Assembly: GCA_963740085.1 (NCBI GenBank)
Contig: CAVUCU010000001.1
Span: 1,312,001-1,376,000, forward strand
Length of the DNA: 64,000 nucleotides
Direction of reading: 5' to 3'
Source of the DNA: Nitrospirota bacterium
GTDB lineage: Bacteria; Nitrospirota; UBA9217
The notes under the pieces are model-generated. The model made no database searches, was not told the DNA's origin, and saw nothing but the letters and a program-made list of their open reading frames with translations. Shown here in pieces: positions 1 to 11,510 of the stretch (positions are counted from its first letter, which is position 1; each line of letters opens with the position of its first letter). The position numbers and the translations under genes were made by a program.

Positions 1-836
1 CCGGGGCCCTGCGTGACATGGTGCAGAATCATCTGATGCAGCTGCTCTGTCTCGTGGCAATGGAACCGATGGTCTCCTTCGAGGCCGATGAGATCCGCAA
101 CAAGAAAGTGGACGTCCTGCACGCCGTTCGTCCGATCCACCGGGACGCCGTCCATCAGAGCGTCGTGCGCGGTCAATACGGCCAGGGTTGGGTCGGCGGC
201 AAAAAAGTTTCCGGCTACCGCGAGGAAGACGAGGTGTTGCCTGAATCCCAAACCGAGACGTTTGTCGCGCTCAGGCTGTTCCTCGACAACTGGCGCTGGC
301 AGGGAGTGCCTTTCTACCTCCGCACCGGGAAGCGGCTCACCCGGCAGGCCACGGAAATTACGATCCAGTTTCGCGGAGTGCCGCATCAGTCGTTTCCGGC
401 TGAGGCCACTCTCGATTGGCAGTCGTCACGACTGGTGATGTCCATCCAGCCCGACGAGGGCATTGTGCTGCGTTTTCAGGCAAAACATCCCGGGCCAAAA
501 ATGCACCTGCGCTCCGTGGAGATGCAGTTCAATTACCAGGATGCCTTCGCCGTCAGGTCACCTGATGCGTATGAAACGTTGCTCTGGGACGTGATGAAGA
601 ATGACGCCACGCTGTTCATGCGCGCCGACCAGGTGGAAGCGGCCTGGCGGTTGTTGATGCCGGTGCTCGAGGTCTGGGCGGTGGCTCCGCCCAGTGATTT
701 CCCCAATTACGCCGCCGGCACCTGGGGACCCGAGGATGCGCAGGACCTGCTGGCGCAAGGGCACAGTTGGCCGCTGCCCGCGGAATTAAGACGGTCCGGA
801 CGGAAGCTGCGATGTGCGGGTCCTCAGGGCAGCTGA
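1..836 (+). CDS. zwf: Glucose-6-phosphate 1-dehydrogenase, 3' part (5' end outside the window)
   Basis: Frame open from base 3: GALRDMVQNHLMQ, RWQGVPFYLRTGKRL, IQPDEG, DAYETLL..GD-like and YAAGTWGP motifs of the G6PDH C-domain. Confidence 0.97.
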   Translation, partial: GALRDMVQNHLMQLLCLVAMEPMVSFEADEIRNKKVDVLHAVRPIHRDAVHQSVVRGQYGQGWVGGKKVSGYREEDEVLPESQTETFVALRLFLDNWRWQGVPFYLRTGKRLTRQATEITIQFRGVPHQSFPAEATLDWQSSRLVMSIQPDEGIVLRFQAKHPGPKMHLRSVEMQFNYQDAFAVRSPDAYETLLWDVMKNDATLFMRADQVEAAWRLLMPVLEVWAVAPPSDFPNYAAGTWGPEDAQDLLAQGHSWPLPAELRRSGRKLRCAGPQGS

Positions 837-856
837 CCCGGGCATCCTGACGCTCG

Positions 857-2695
857 ATGGAGGGGAAAATGGAAAAAAAAGCTGACACAATGGCAAAACA
901 TTCAGGCATGGGAGCAATTCCCGGAGCAAAGGGTGTGACCTTTCGCGTATGGGCGCCTCATGCCGAAAAAGTTTACGTGACAGGAACCTTTAATAGCTGG
1001 AGCAAGACCTCAACGCCCTTGACCGGAGAGGAGAACGGATATTGGTCGACTGACGTACCAAAGGCAAAAGTTGGAGATGAGTACCGATATATGATCCACA
1101 CTCCTGTTGATTGGAAGCTCCCTCCTTTCTCCCGCATTGACCCTTATGCCAGAAAAGTGACGAACTCAGTTGGCAACGGAATTATCTACGACCCTAAAGC
1201 GTTTAATTGGGGTAAAGATAACTTTACCATGGCCTCGTGGAACGAGCTTGTCATTTACGAGATGCACATCGGCACCTTTAACGTCAAAAAAAAGGGGCAT
1301 CCAGGCACTTTTGCCGGTGCTATTGAAAAATTACCTTATCTTAAAAAACTGGGTATCAATGCCATCGAAGTGATGCCGGTCATGGAGTTTTCAGGCGATT
1401 TTTCATGGGGGTACAATCCGGATCATCCTTTTGCTGTCGAAGGCATTTACGGTGGTCCGGATGCCTTTAAGCTCTTTGTGAAAGCGGCCCACGAGCAAGG
1501 CATCGCAGTCATCGTGGATGTCGTATACAACCACTTTGGTCCGGACAATCTTGATCTGTGGCAATTTGATGGTTGGAGAGAAAATGAGAAGGGTGGGATT
1601 TACTTTTATAATGATCGTCGCTCGCAAACACCCTGGGGCGAGACGCGTCCCGATTACGGCCGGGGAGAAGTGCGCCAATACCTGCGTGATAACGCTTTGA
1701 TGTGGTTCGAGGAGTACCACGCCGACGGCATACGCTGGGACATGATCGTCTATATCAAAAGCATCGATGGTAATGGCGACAATCCGGCTAATGACATCCC
1801 CGACGGCTGGAGCTTGATGCAATGGATCAATGGGGAGATCCAACAACGGTTCCCCGGCAGGATCTGCATCGCAGAAGGGATGCATAAGAACGCCTGGGTC
1901 ACCAAGGATGCGGGAGCGGGCGGCGCCGGATTCAATGCGCAATGGGACGCCGAATTTGTTCATTCTGTCCGCCGGGCCGTTATCGCCCGTGATGATGCCT
2001 CCCGCGATCTGGGGGCAGTCAGCAGGGCTATAGAGCATCGCTACGATTCAGACGCCTTCAAGCGGGTCATTTATACGGAGTCTCATGACGAGGTTGCTAA
2101 TGGCCGGGAACGCGTGCCCGAGGCGATCTGGCCGGGCAAAGTGGACAGCTGGTTTTCCAAGAAACGCTCCACCCTGGGCGGTGCCATAGTTCTTACTTCG
2201 CCCGGTATCCCGATGATCTTTGAAGGGCAGGAGTTGCTGGAAGATCGGTGGTTCCAGGATAAGGTCCCGATCGACTGGTCCCGAGCCAAGGATGACAAGG
2301 GTATTCTCGGAATGTATCGGGACCTGATCGCCCTGCGGCGCAATCTGTCGGGTCTGACGCGGGGGTTGTGCGGCCAAAATATCCATCTTTATCATTACGA
2401 CGAGGGGGCCAAGATCATCGCGTTCCATCGATGGGACAAACAAGACCCGAAAGACAGCGTCGTTGTGGTGGTGAATCTGATGGATCAAAGCCGCGATAAT
2501 TACGCCATTGGTTTTCCTCGGGCCGGCTTGTGGAAAACGCGATTTAACAGCGACTCCAATAAGTATGGCCAGGATTTTGCGAATCATGCAACCTTTGATG
2601 TAGATGCACACGGGCAAGGAACAGCCGGGCTGCCCTGCTCCGGCAAAATAAGCATCGGGCCATACACGGTAGTGATTTTTTCGCAAGATGAATAA
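857..2695 (+). CDS. GH13 alpha-glucan enzyme with N-terminal CBM48 (TreZ/branching-enzyme-like)
   Basis: FRVWAPHA, IYEMHIGTF, WGYNP, DVVYNH, DGIRWD, IAE and ESHD GH13 conserved regions; true start may be 869 or later. Confidence 0.9.
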   Translation: MEGKMEKKADTMAKHSGMGAIPGAKGVTFRVWAPHAEKVYVTGTFNSWSKTSTPLTGEENGYWSTDVPKAKVGDEYRYMIHTPVDWKLPPFSRIDPYARKVTNSVGNGIIYDPKAFNWGKDNFTMASWNELVIYEMHIGTFNVKKKGHPGTFAGAIEKLPYLKKLGINAIEVMPVMEFSGDFSWGYNPDHPFAVEGIYGGPDAFKLFVKAAHEQGIAVIVDVVYNHFGPDNLDLWQFDGWRENEKGGIYFYNDRRSQTPWGETRPDYGRGEVRQYLRDNALMWFEEYHADGIRWDMIVYIKSIDGNGDNPANDIPDGWSLMQWINGEIQQRFPGRICIAEGMHKNAWVTKDAGAGGAGFNAQWDAEFVHSVRRAVIARDDASRDLGAVSRAIEHRYDSDAFKRVIYTESHDEVANGRERVPEAIWPGKVDSWFSKKRSTLGGAIVLTSPGIPMIFEGQELLEDRWFQDKVPIDWSRAKDDKGILGMYRDLIALRRNLSGLTRGLCGQNIHLYHYDEGAKIIAFHRWDKQDPKDSVVVVVNLMDQSRDNYAIGFPRAGLWKTRFNSDSNKYGQDFANHATFDVDAHGQGTAGLPCSGKISIGPYTVVIFSQDE

Positions 2696-2706
2696 AAGGA
2701 GAACTT

Positions 2707-3156
2707 ATGATTAAAAAAATTCTTGTGCCAATAGACGGTTCAAAGGTCTCACAGAAGGCGGCAAAATACTCGGTCGAGCTCGCGGAACAGACAGGCGCAT
2801 CTTTGACGCTGCTGAGTGTCATCGACAATCGCTTCGTCATCGAGCAAGCGGTTTCCGCTGTCGCATCGCCGACCCATGTAAGAGAATCCATCCAGGATTT
2901 TCTGAAGCAGTCAGCGCAAGCCGCCACGGACGCGATAGCAAAGCTCTGCGAACGGCATCACATTCAATACAAAGCGGCAATAAGGACCGGGCATCCTGTG
3001 GAAGAAATTGTGCGCGAGGCGACAAAAGCAAAGACTGACCTGATCGTTATGGGCTCCCATGGCAAAAGCGCCCTTAAAGCGGCGGTGCTCGGAAGCGTTA
3101 CGTACGGCGTGATTCACAAGGATATGAAGATCCCCGTACTCATCGTGAGACGATGA
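2707..3156 (+). CDS. Universal stress protein (UspA family)
   Basis: KKILVPIDGS, DLIVMGSHG, LGSVT, PVLIV; AAGGAG RBS. Confidence 0.95.
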   Translation: MIKKILVPIDGSKVSQKAAKYSVELAEQTGASLTLLSVIDNRFVIEQAVSAVASPTHVRESIQDFLKQSAQAATDAIAKLCERHHIQYKAAIRTGHPVEEIVREATKAKTDLIVMGSHGKSALKAAVLGSVTYGVIHKDMKIPVLIVRR

Positions 3157-3259
3157 GCGATCGGCAGAGGAAGGTGTTCTCGTTGATTTCGTCGGGAGTA
3201 TTAAGATATACGTGCAAGCTGCCGAAGCTACTGGGGCGGACGGCGTTGACGGAGGCCGA

Positions 3260-3906
3260 ATGAGAAGAGCGATCCCGGTCACGACGTTGTTCCTGGATGT
3301 CGGCGGCGTCCTGCTTACCAACGGGTGGGACCATCACGCCCGCAAGACGGGCGGCCAGGAACTTCAAGCTGGAGTTCGCCGGTATGGAGGATCGGCATCA
3401 CCTGAACTTCGCCACCTACGAAGAGGGGAAACTCACGCATGGAAGAATATCTGGACCGGGTGGTCTTCCATCAAAAGCGATCATTCACCCGGGCTCAGTT
3501 TCGGGACTTCATGTTCGCCCAGTCGAAGCCATTTCCTCAAATGATCGAGCTGATCCATCGGCTTAAGGCACGGTATGGATTAAAGATCGGCGTGGTCAGC
3601 AACGAAGCACGCGAACTGAATGCGTACCGGATCCGGAAGTTCAAGCTTGATGGCTTCGTGGATTTTTTCATTTCCTCCTGCTTCGTCCATTTGAGAAAGC
3701 CGGACGCGGACATCTTTCGGCTTGCGCTGGACATCTCCCAGGCGCAGGCCCGCCAGGTCGTTTATATTGAAAATACCCCGATGTTTGTCCGGATCGCGGA
3801 AGGTTTGGGGATTCAAAGCATCCTTCACACGGATTACAAGTCCACGTGCGAGAAACTGGCTTCGCTCGGATTGCAGTATGACGACGCAAGAGAAGACGAT
3901 GAATAA
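3260..3906 (+). CDS. HAD-IA family phosphatase, split by two +1 frameshifts (about 3344 and 3437)
   Basis: FLDVGGVL motif I in one frame, RRAARNF..TYEEGKLT in a second, VVSN..RKPD..IF in a third; pieces are colinear. Confidence 0.85.
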
Positions 3907-5192
3907 GGCAGGCGACGGCAAGATCGGGTTCTGGGCGGTGGTTGCCATCGGCGTCGGCGGGATGGTCGGGGGCGGGATCTTTGCGGTGCTGGGGTTGGCA
4001 GTGCAACTGGCTCGCGGCGGCACGCCCGTTGCCTTTGCGTTGGCGGGCGTGGTAGCGCTGCTTACGACGTATTCCTACGCCAAACTTTCCGTCGCCTATC
4101 CGAGTCGCGGCGGAACGGTCACCTTCCTCGACCGCGCGTTCGGTGCGGGCATGTTCACCGGCAGCCTGAACGTGCTGTTGTGGCTGAGTTACGTGGTGAT
4201 GCTGTCGCTGTATGCGTTTGCGTTCGGCAGTTACGGTGCGACTTTTATGCCGCAGGCATGGCAGATGATCGGCAAACATGTGCTGATCAGTCTCAGCATA
4301 ATCACGATTTCCGGACTGAACCTTCTCAGCGCCGAGTTTATCGGCAAAGCAGAGGACTGGATCGTGGGATTAAAAGTGGCGATCCTGCTGCTGTTTGTCG
4401 GAGTAGGATTTGCCGGCGTCAAGACCGGCCAGATCGCGCCCGCTTCATGGTCGCCGCCGCTGCAGTTGGCGGCGGGCGGGATGATTATCTTTCTGGCGTA
4501 TGAAGGGTTTGAGTTGATCGCCAACACCGCGCGCGATGTGCGGAATGTGGCCCGGACGCTGCCGCGGGCCTACTACACGGCGGTGTGGTTTGTGATCGCG
4601 TTGTATGTGCTGGTATCGCTCGTCACCGTGGGCAATCTGGCGGTGGACAAAATTGTAGCGGCGAAGGATTACGCGCTGGCGGAAGCGGCCCGCCCCTTTC
4701 TCGGACAGACCGGCTTCACGCTGATCGCGATCGCGGCGATGTTGTCAACCGCTTCGGCGATCAACGCCACGCTCTACGGCGCAGCGCGGTTGAGTTACTG
4801 CATCGCGCGCGACGGCGAATTGCCCGCATTGCTGGAGCGAAAGGTGTGGGGTGAACCGTTAGAGGGACTGTTGATCACCGCGGGGTTGACGCTGTTCGTG
4901 GCCAACTCATTCGACCTGACGAGCATCGCGACGCTCGGCAGCGCCGGGTTTCTGTTGATCTTCGCGGCAGTGAACAGCCGCCAACGCGCGGCACGCTCCC
5001 CATACGAACAGCCGGGGCTGGATTTCGGCGGCTGGGGCAGTTGCGTGCCTGGCTGCGTTGAGCGCGTTGGTTTGGCAGACGTTGCGGACCGGGCCCGGCA
5101 AGTTGTGGGTGCTGGCAGCGATGCTCGCGCTGGCGGTGATCATCGAGGGCGGTTACCGCGTGACGAAACGGGAGATCCGATTGCATGAATGA
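3899..5192 (+). CDS. APC family amino acid permease, +1 frameshift near 4976
   Basis: GGMVGGGIF and FLAYEGFE motifs, many TM helices; two more hydrophobic helices continue in the shifted frame to TGA at 5192. Confidence 0.85.
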
Positions 5193-5300
5193 TCGACCCA
5201 ACGGCCCAAGGGCAGGGTGGCTGGTCAACGACCTCATGAAACCGGGCATGGATCGGACGCTGGATAACAGGTACTCAGTGTTGTCTATGAGGAGAACCGG

Positions 5301-6828
5301 ATGAGCGACCGCACGGAACACAAGCTGGCCACACCATTCCTGTCGCTGCTCCGCAACTGGGTCAGCCTCGCCGGAATCATCCTGGCGGCGGCGAGCTTGT
5401 TTACCGTCGCCTTCCTGATCGCCCTCGACTTCTTCCGCGGCTTCAAAAATCCCTACATGGGGATTCTCACCTACATCGTGGCGCCGGCGTTTCTGATAGC
5501 GGGATTGTTGATGATCGCGCTCGGGGCGCTTTGGGAACGGCATCGGCGGCGAAAACGAAAACCTGAAGACATCCCGGAATACCCGCGTATCGATCTGAAT
5601 GTGCCGCGGCAGCGACACACCTTCATCGTGGTGGTGATGGTGACAATGCTGTTCCTTTTTTTGACCGCGCGTGGGCAGCTATCGGACGTATCAGTTCACC
5701 GAATCAGTGACCTTCTGCGGCAGGACATGTCACTCGATCATGACGCCTGAGTACACGGCCTATCAGGAATCGCCTCACGCCCGGGTCGAGTGCGTCCAAT
5801 GCCACATCGGTCCGGGCGCGAGCTGGTACGTGAAGTCCAAACTCTCCGGTGCCTATCAGGTCTATGCGACACTGGTGGAAAAGTATCCGCGCCCGATTCC
5901 CACTCCCATTGAGAATCTACGCCCGGCCCGCGAGACCTGCGAGCAGTGCCATTGGCCCCGGAAGTTCTTCGGCGAGGTCGCGCGGGATTTCCCTCACTAC
6001 CTGCCGGACGAACAGAATTCTCCCTGGACAATCCGTATGCTTGTGAAGATCGGCGGGGGTGACCCAAGCTTTGGACAAACCGGCGGCATCCACTGGCACA
6101 TGGCCATTGCCAACAAGATCGAGTACATCGCCAGCGACAGTGACCGTCAGGTCATTCCCTGGGTGCGTCTGACCGACCGGAGCGGGAAAGTCACCGTGTA
6201 TCAATCCACCGACGATCCGCTCAACCCCGCGCAAATCGACGCCGCCCGTCCGCGGGTGATGGACTGCATTGATTGCCACAACCGGCCGACGCATATTTAT
6301 CATGCGCCGGTCGATTCCGTCAACACAGCCCTCCGCTCCGGCCGAATCGACCACACCCTCCCCTTCATCAAGAAGCAGGCCGTACAGGCACTGGCAAAAA
6401 CCTATCCGGACACGGAACAAGCACTCTCCGGCATCTCCAAAACGTTGACGGAGTTTTATGAGACCAACTACCCCGGCCTCGCCAAAACCAATTCGCAGTC
6501 GATGGTTGCGGCCGTTACGGAAGTGCGGGACATTTACCGGCACAATTTCTTTCCCGACATGAAAGTGAATTGGAGCGTTTATCCGGATAATATCGGGCAC
6601 ATGAACTTCCCGGGCTGTAACCGTTGCCACGACGGCAGCCATTCGAACGCCGACGGCAAAATGATCGTCCACAACTGCAATGCCTGCCACACTATCATCG
6701 TGCAGGGTCCGGCAGCGAAACCGGAAACCAGCCTGGCGGGCCTGGAATTCAAACATCCCGTGGACATCTCCGGGCAATGGAAGCAAACGAAGTGTTCCGA
6801 TTGCCACGCCGGCTCCTTGGTGGAGTGA
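5301..6828 (+). CDS. Membrane-anchored NapC/NirT-like multiheme cytochrome c (7 heme motifs), frameshift near 5670
   Basis: Three N-terminal hydrophobic helices; FCGRTCH, CVQCH, CEQCH, CIDCH, CNRCH, CNACH, CSDCH. Confidence 0.85.
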
Positions 6829-6835
6829 ACCGAAC

Positions 6836-8047
6836 ATGAAGACATCCGACGTCACGGCAACGAAAGCCCGTTTGATCCTGACCATCAACGGTGGCTCGTC
6901 GAGCATCAAGTTCGCGCTGTTCGAGGCCGGTGACCCGCTCCGACGGGTCCTGGAGGGAGCGATTGACCGGATCGGATTACCGGAGGCATCCTTGCGGGTG
7001 AAAGGCCTGGACCCGGCGGACAACTTTTCGCGGCCGATGGCAGCGCCGGACCACACGGTGGCGGTCGGGGCTCTGATGGATTGGGTCGAGGAACGGCTCG
7101 GGTTTGATGCATTGACCGCGGTGGGTCACCGCGTGGTGCACGGCGGGCCGAGGTACAGCAAGCCCCAGCTGATCACGGCGGAGATGGTTGAGGAGCTGCA
7201 CCGGCTCAGTCCATTCGATCCCGAGCATCTGCCGGAGGAGATCCTGCTGACCGAGGCGTTTCACCGCCGTTTTCCCGACCTGCCCCAGGTGGCATGTTTC
7301 GACACGGCTTTTCACCATGACCTTCCGCGCGTGGCACAACTGCTGCCGATCCCGCGCCGCTACGAAGCGCAGGGAGTGCGTCGGTACGGGTTTCACGGGT
7401 TGTCGTATGCCTTTCTCCTTGGAGAACTTGCCCGTCTGGCCGGATCGGAAGCTGCACAAGGCCGGGTCATCCTCGCCCACCTCGGCAACGGCGCGAGTCT
7501 CGCTGCGGTGCGTGGCGGCAAGAGCATCGACACCAGCATGAGTTTCACCCCGACAGCCGGGGTGCCCATGAGCACCCGCTCAGGCGATCTCGATCCCGGA
7601 CTGGTTTGGTATCTGGGCCGCACTGAGAAAATGAGCGCAAAGCAATTCAACGAGATGGTCAATTCCCGGTCCGGGCTGCTCGGGATATCCGAAACCAGTT
7701 CCGACATGAGCGACTTGCTGGAACGCGAAACGCAGGACGTGCGAGCAGCTGAAGCGATCGCGATGTTCTGCTACCAGGTCAAGAAATGGATCGGCTCATT
7801 CGCGGCGGCGTTGGGCGGACTGGACACGCTGGTATTCTCTGGCGGCATCGGAGAGAAGGCGGCCACAGTCCGCACCCGGATCTGCGACGGGCTGGGATTC
7901 CTGGGAGTCGAACTCGATGAAAAGCGGAACGCGGCGAATGAGGGCGTTATTTCCGCGGACACGGGCCGGGTCGCGGTCCGCGTCATTCATACGGACGAAG
8001 AACTGATGATAGCCAGGACGGTTTGCCGCGTTCTCGGCTTCGATTGA
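6836..8047 (+). CDS. ackA: Acetate/propionate kinase
   Basis: INGGSSSIKF, GHRVVHGG, FDTAFH, RRYGFHGLSY, HLGNGAS, FSGGIGE, TDEE. Confidence 0.96.
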   Translation: MKTSDVTATKARLILTINGGSSSIKFALFEAGDPLRRVLEGAIDRIGLPEASLRVKGLDPADNFSRPMAAPDHTVAVGALMDWVEERLGFDALTAVGHRVVHGGPRYSKPQLITAEMVEELHRLSPFDPEHLPEEILLTEAFHRRFPDLPQVACFDTAFHHDLPRVAQLLPIPRRYEAQGVRRYGFHGLSYAFLLGELARLAGSEAAQGRVILAHLGNGASLAAVRGGKSIDTSMSFTPTAGVPMSTRSGDLDPGLVWYLGRTEKMSAKQFNEMVNSRSGLLGISETSSDMSDLLERETQDVRAAEAIAMFCYQVKKWIGSFAAALGGLDTLVFSGGIGEKAATVRTRICDGLGFLGVELDEKRNAANEGVISADTGRVAVRVIHTDEELMIARTVCRVLGFD

Positions 8048-8065
8048 CTAAAGGAGACTTTGACC

Positions 8066-10427
8066 ATGAAGACAAAAACGCTTTCCCCGGAACTGCTCCA
8101 CCAGATGGACGCCTACTGGCGGGCGGCCAACTATCTGTCGGTCGGCCAGATCTTTCTTTACGACAATCCCCTGCTGAAGCGGCCGCTGACGCTCGCGGAT
8201 GTGAAGCACATGCTGCTGGGACACTGGGGCACGACCCCCGGGCAGAACTTCATTTACGTTCACTTGAACCGGGTCATCAAGAAATACGACCTCGACATGA
8301 TCTACGTCTCCGGCCCCGGGCATGGCGGACCGGCCATCGTGGGCAACACGTATCTCGAAGGCACATACAGCGAGATCTATCCCAATATCAGCCAGGATGA
8401 GTCCGGGCTTCGGAAGCTCTTTCTTCAGTTTTCCTTTCCCGGTGGAATTCCCAGCCACGTATCGCCGGAGTGTCCTGGGTCGATCCACGAGGGCGGTGAG
8501 CTGGGCTATTCGCTCAGCCATTCCTTCGGGGCGGTGTTCGACAATCCCGACCTCGTCGTCGCCTGCGTCGTCGGCGACGGTGAGGCGGAGACGGGTCCGT
8601 TGGCCACCGCGTGGCATTCGAACAAGTTCCTTGATCCGGCAACCGACGGCGCTGTCCTGCCGATCCTGCATCTCAACGGCTACAAGATTTCCAACCCCAC
8701 CGTCCCGGCCCGCATCACCCGCGAGGAATTGGAACAGTTGCTCCGGGGCTACGGGTGGACGCCCTACTTCGTCGAGGGTCACGAGCCGGAGATGATGCAT
8801 GAGGCCATGGCTGCGACGCTCGACACGGCGGTGGACGCAGATCAAAAAAATCCAGCAGGACGCCCGCGTCCACGGCATCTTGGCGCGTCCGCGCTGGCCG
8901 ATGATCGTCCTCAATTCACCAAAGGGCTGGACGGGACCGAAGGTGGTCGATGGCCTGCAGGTTGAAGGCACGTTCAGTGCGCACCAGGTGCCGCTCCATC
9001 CCGATACTCATCCCGAACACCTTAAGCTGCTGGAAGACTGGCTCAGGAGCTACCGGCCGCAGGAACTCTTCGATGAGCAGGGCCGCCTGAAACCGGAACT
9101 GGCCGAACTGGCTCCGAAGGGCGAACGGCGCATGGGCGCGAACCCTCACGCCAACGGCGGCATGCTGCTGCGCGACCTGCGCATGCCGGATTTCCGCGAC
9201 TACGCGGTCGCCGTGCCCTCGCCGGGGGCGCCCGGCATCGGCGACACGCATGTGCTCGGGCCTTTTCTGCGCGATGTGGCGAAGCTCAACGCCGAGCAGC
9301 GGAATTTCCGGGTCTTTGGGCCTGACGAGACGTTGTCCAACGGCCTGGAGGCGCTTTTTGAAGTGACCAAGCGACAATGGGACGCCGCGACCGTGCGCGA
9401 TGACGAATTCCTCGCGCCCTCCGGGCGCGTGATGGAAATGCTCAGCGAACACCAGTGCGAGGGCTGGCTCGAGGGCTACCTGCTTACCGGGCGGCACGGG
9501 CTATTCAACTGCTACGAGGCGTTCATACACATCATCGATTCGATGTTCAATCAGCACGCCAAGTGGCTGAAGGTCACCGCGCACCTGCCGTGGCGGCGCA
9601 AGATCGCCTCGTTAAACTATCTGCTGGCTTCCCACGTCTGGCGACAGGACCACAACGGATTCACGCATCAGGACCCCGGTTTCATCGACCACGTCGTGAA
9701 CAAGAAGGCCGAGGTCGTGCGAGTTTACTTTCCGCCGGATGCAAACTGTCTGCTGTCGGTGATGGACCACTGCCTGCGCAGTCGCCATTACGTCAATGTC
9801 GTGGTCGCGGGCAAACACCCGGCGCCGCAGTGGCTGTCGATGGACGCCGCCGTCAAGCATTGTACCGAGGGCATCGGTATCTGGCGGTGGGCCAGCAACG
9901 ACCAGGCCGTTGCGCCCGACGTGGTCATGGCCTGCTGCGGCGACGTGCCCACGCTGGAGACGCTCGCCGCCGTCTCCATTATGCGCGAGCACCTGCCCGA
10001 CCTGAAGATCAGGGTGGTGAACGTCGTCGACCTCATGAAGCTGCAACCGACTAGCGAACACCCGCACGGCTTGAGCGACATGGATTTCGACGAACTGTTC
10101 ACCAGGGACAAACCCGTGATCTTCGCCTACCATGCCTACCCGTGGCTGATCCACCGGCTGACCTACCGCCGCACCAACCACGACAATATCCATGTCCGCG
10201 GCTACAAGGAAGAGGGTACCATTACCACGCCCTTCGACATGACGGTACTGAACGATCTGGACCGCTTCCACCTCGTGATGGACACCATCGACCGCCTGCC
10301 GCAGACCGGCGACAAGGGCATCTACCTGAAGCAGCAGCTCAAGGACAAGCTCATCGAGCACAAGCAGTACATCGACAAGCACGGCGAGGACCTGCCGGAG
10401 ATCCGCAACTGGAAATGGAAAGGATAA
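8066..10427 (+). CDS. xfp: Xylulose-5-P/fructose-6-P phosphoketolase, +1 frameshift near 8836
   Basis: [36 protein letters not shown] in ORF 8060; [32 protein letters not shown] in ORF 8799. Confidence 0.95.
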
Positions 10428-10434
10428 GACTCTC

Positions 10435-11439
10435 ATGATCCTTCGTTTGATCGAGATGGTGATACCGGAACCTGGGGTCGAGGACCTTCGTCAGATTCTC
10501 GTCGAGCAGCCGGTGCTGGAAGTGCGGCAGGTTGGATTGCGTGAGGGCGAGGTCCTCGTGAGGATTCTGCTGGAAGGTGAAAAGAGCGAGGCGGTGCTGG
10601 ATCTCTTGGAGAAAAAGTACGCCGGCCAGGATGGCTACCGGGTTGTTATTCTCCCGGTAGAAGCCACATTGCCACGGTTCGAGCCGGAGAAAAATACCTC
10701 GCCCGCCGACGCGCAGTCCGCAGAAAAAACGCCGGAACGGATCAGCAGGCATGAATTATACGAGGACATCGGTGACGCGGCTCGTTTTTCGCGGGTATAC
10801 TTTGCGATGGTGGTACTGTCGGCGATCGTGGCGACCATCGGCCTGGATCACAACAGCGTCGCCGTCGTGATCGGTGCGATGGTCATTGCGCCCCTGCTTG
10901 GGCCGAATATGGCGCTGGCTCTGGCGACGACATTGGGCGATCTACCGCTGGCCAAGCGGGCGGCGCTGACGAGTCTGGGCGGCGTTGCCACGGTAGCCGT
11001 GATGACGGCGATCATCGGCGCGCTGCTCCACGTTGATCCAACAATGTCCGAATTGGCATCGCGCACGCACGTAAGGCTCAGTGATGTCGCGCTGGCGCTG
11101 GCGGCAGGTTGCGCGGGGGCTCTCTCGTTCACGACGGGTGTGTCGGCGACGATGGTCGGGGTAATGGTAGCGGCGGCGTTGTTGCCGCCAATGGTGACCT
11201 TCGGACTGCTGCTGGGCGGCGGGCAGACGTCGTTGGCAATGGGCGCGTTGTCGCTGCTTCTGGCAAACCTGATCTGCCTGAACCTTGCCGGAGTGACTAC
11301 GTTCCTGGTGCAAGGCATTCGCCCGGCAACCTGGTGGGAGAAAGAACGCGCCGCAAAAGCCACGCGCATCGCCATCAGCCTCTGGGCGACGTTGTTGGCG
11401 CTCCTGGTCGGCTTGATCCTGCTGTTGAGAAAAGGTTGA
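10435..11439 (+). CDS. TIGR00341/DUF389 family membrane protein
   Basis: AVVIGAMVIAPLLGP and VGVMVAAALLPP motifs; soluble N-terminus followed by about 7 TM helices. Confidence 0.85.
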   Translation: MILRLIEMVIPEPGVEDLRQILVEQPVLEVRQVGLREGEVLVRILLEGEKSEAVLDLLEKKYAGQDGYRVVILPVEATLPRFEPEKNTSPADAQSAEKTPERISRHELYEDIGDAARFSRVYFAMVVLSAIVATIGLDHNSVAVVIGAMVIAPLLGPNMALALATTLGDLPLAKRAALTSLGGVATVAVMTAIIGALLHVDPTMSELASRTHVRLSDVALALAAGCAGALSFTTGVSATMVGVMVAAALLPPMVTFGLLLGGGQTSLAMGALSLLLANLICLNLAGVTTFLVQGIRPATWWEKERAAKATRIAISLWATLLALLVGLILLLRKG

Positions 11440-11472
11440 ACATGCTCGGACAAAAAAATGTGAACATCCCCT

Positions 11473-11510
11473 TCTTCGGCTTCGAAGCGGTGAGCGGTGA
11501 GGAGAAATGA
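11473..11510 (+). pseudogene. 38-bp remnant of the 3' end of an atpG copy
   Basis: 32/38 nt identical (hand count) to 23392-23429; reads [10 protein letters not shown] versus GFEALSAEEK*. Confidence 0.7.

Noticed and set aside
8830-8852. Programmed ribosomal frameshift in xfp at the A7 run
   Set aside because: The plausible conserved reading (V-E-Q-I-K-K-I-Q) places the break before the A run, and similar +1 breaks occur in many neighbouring genes
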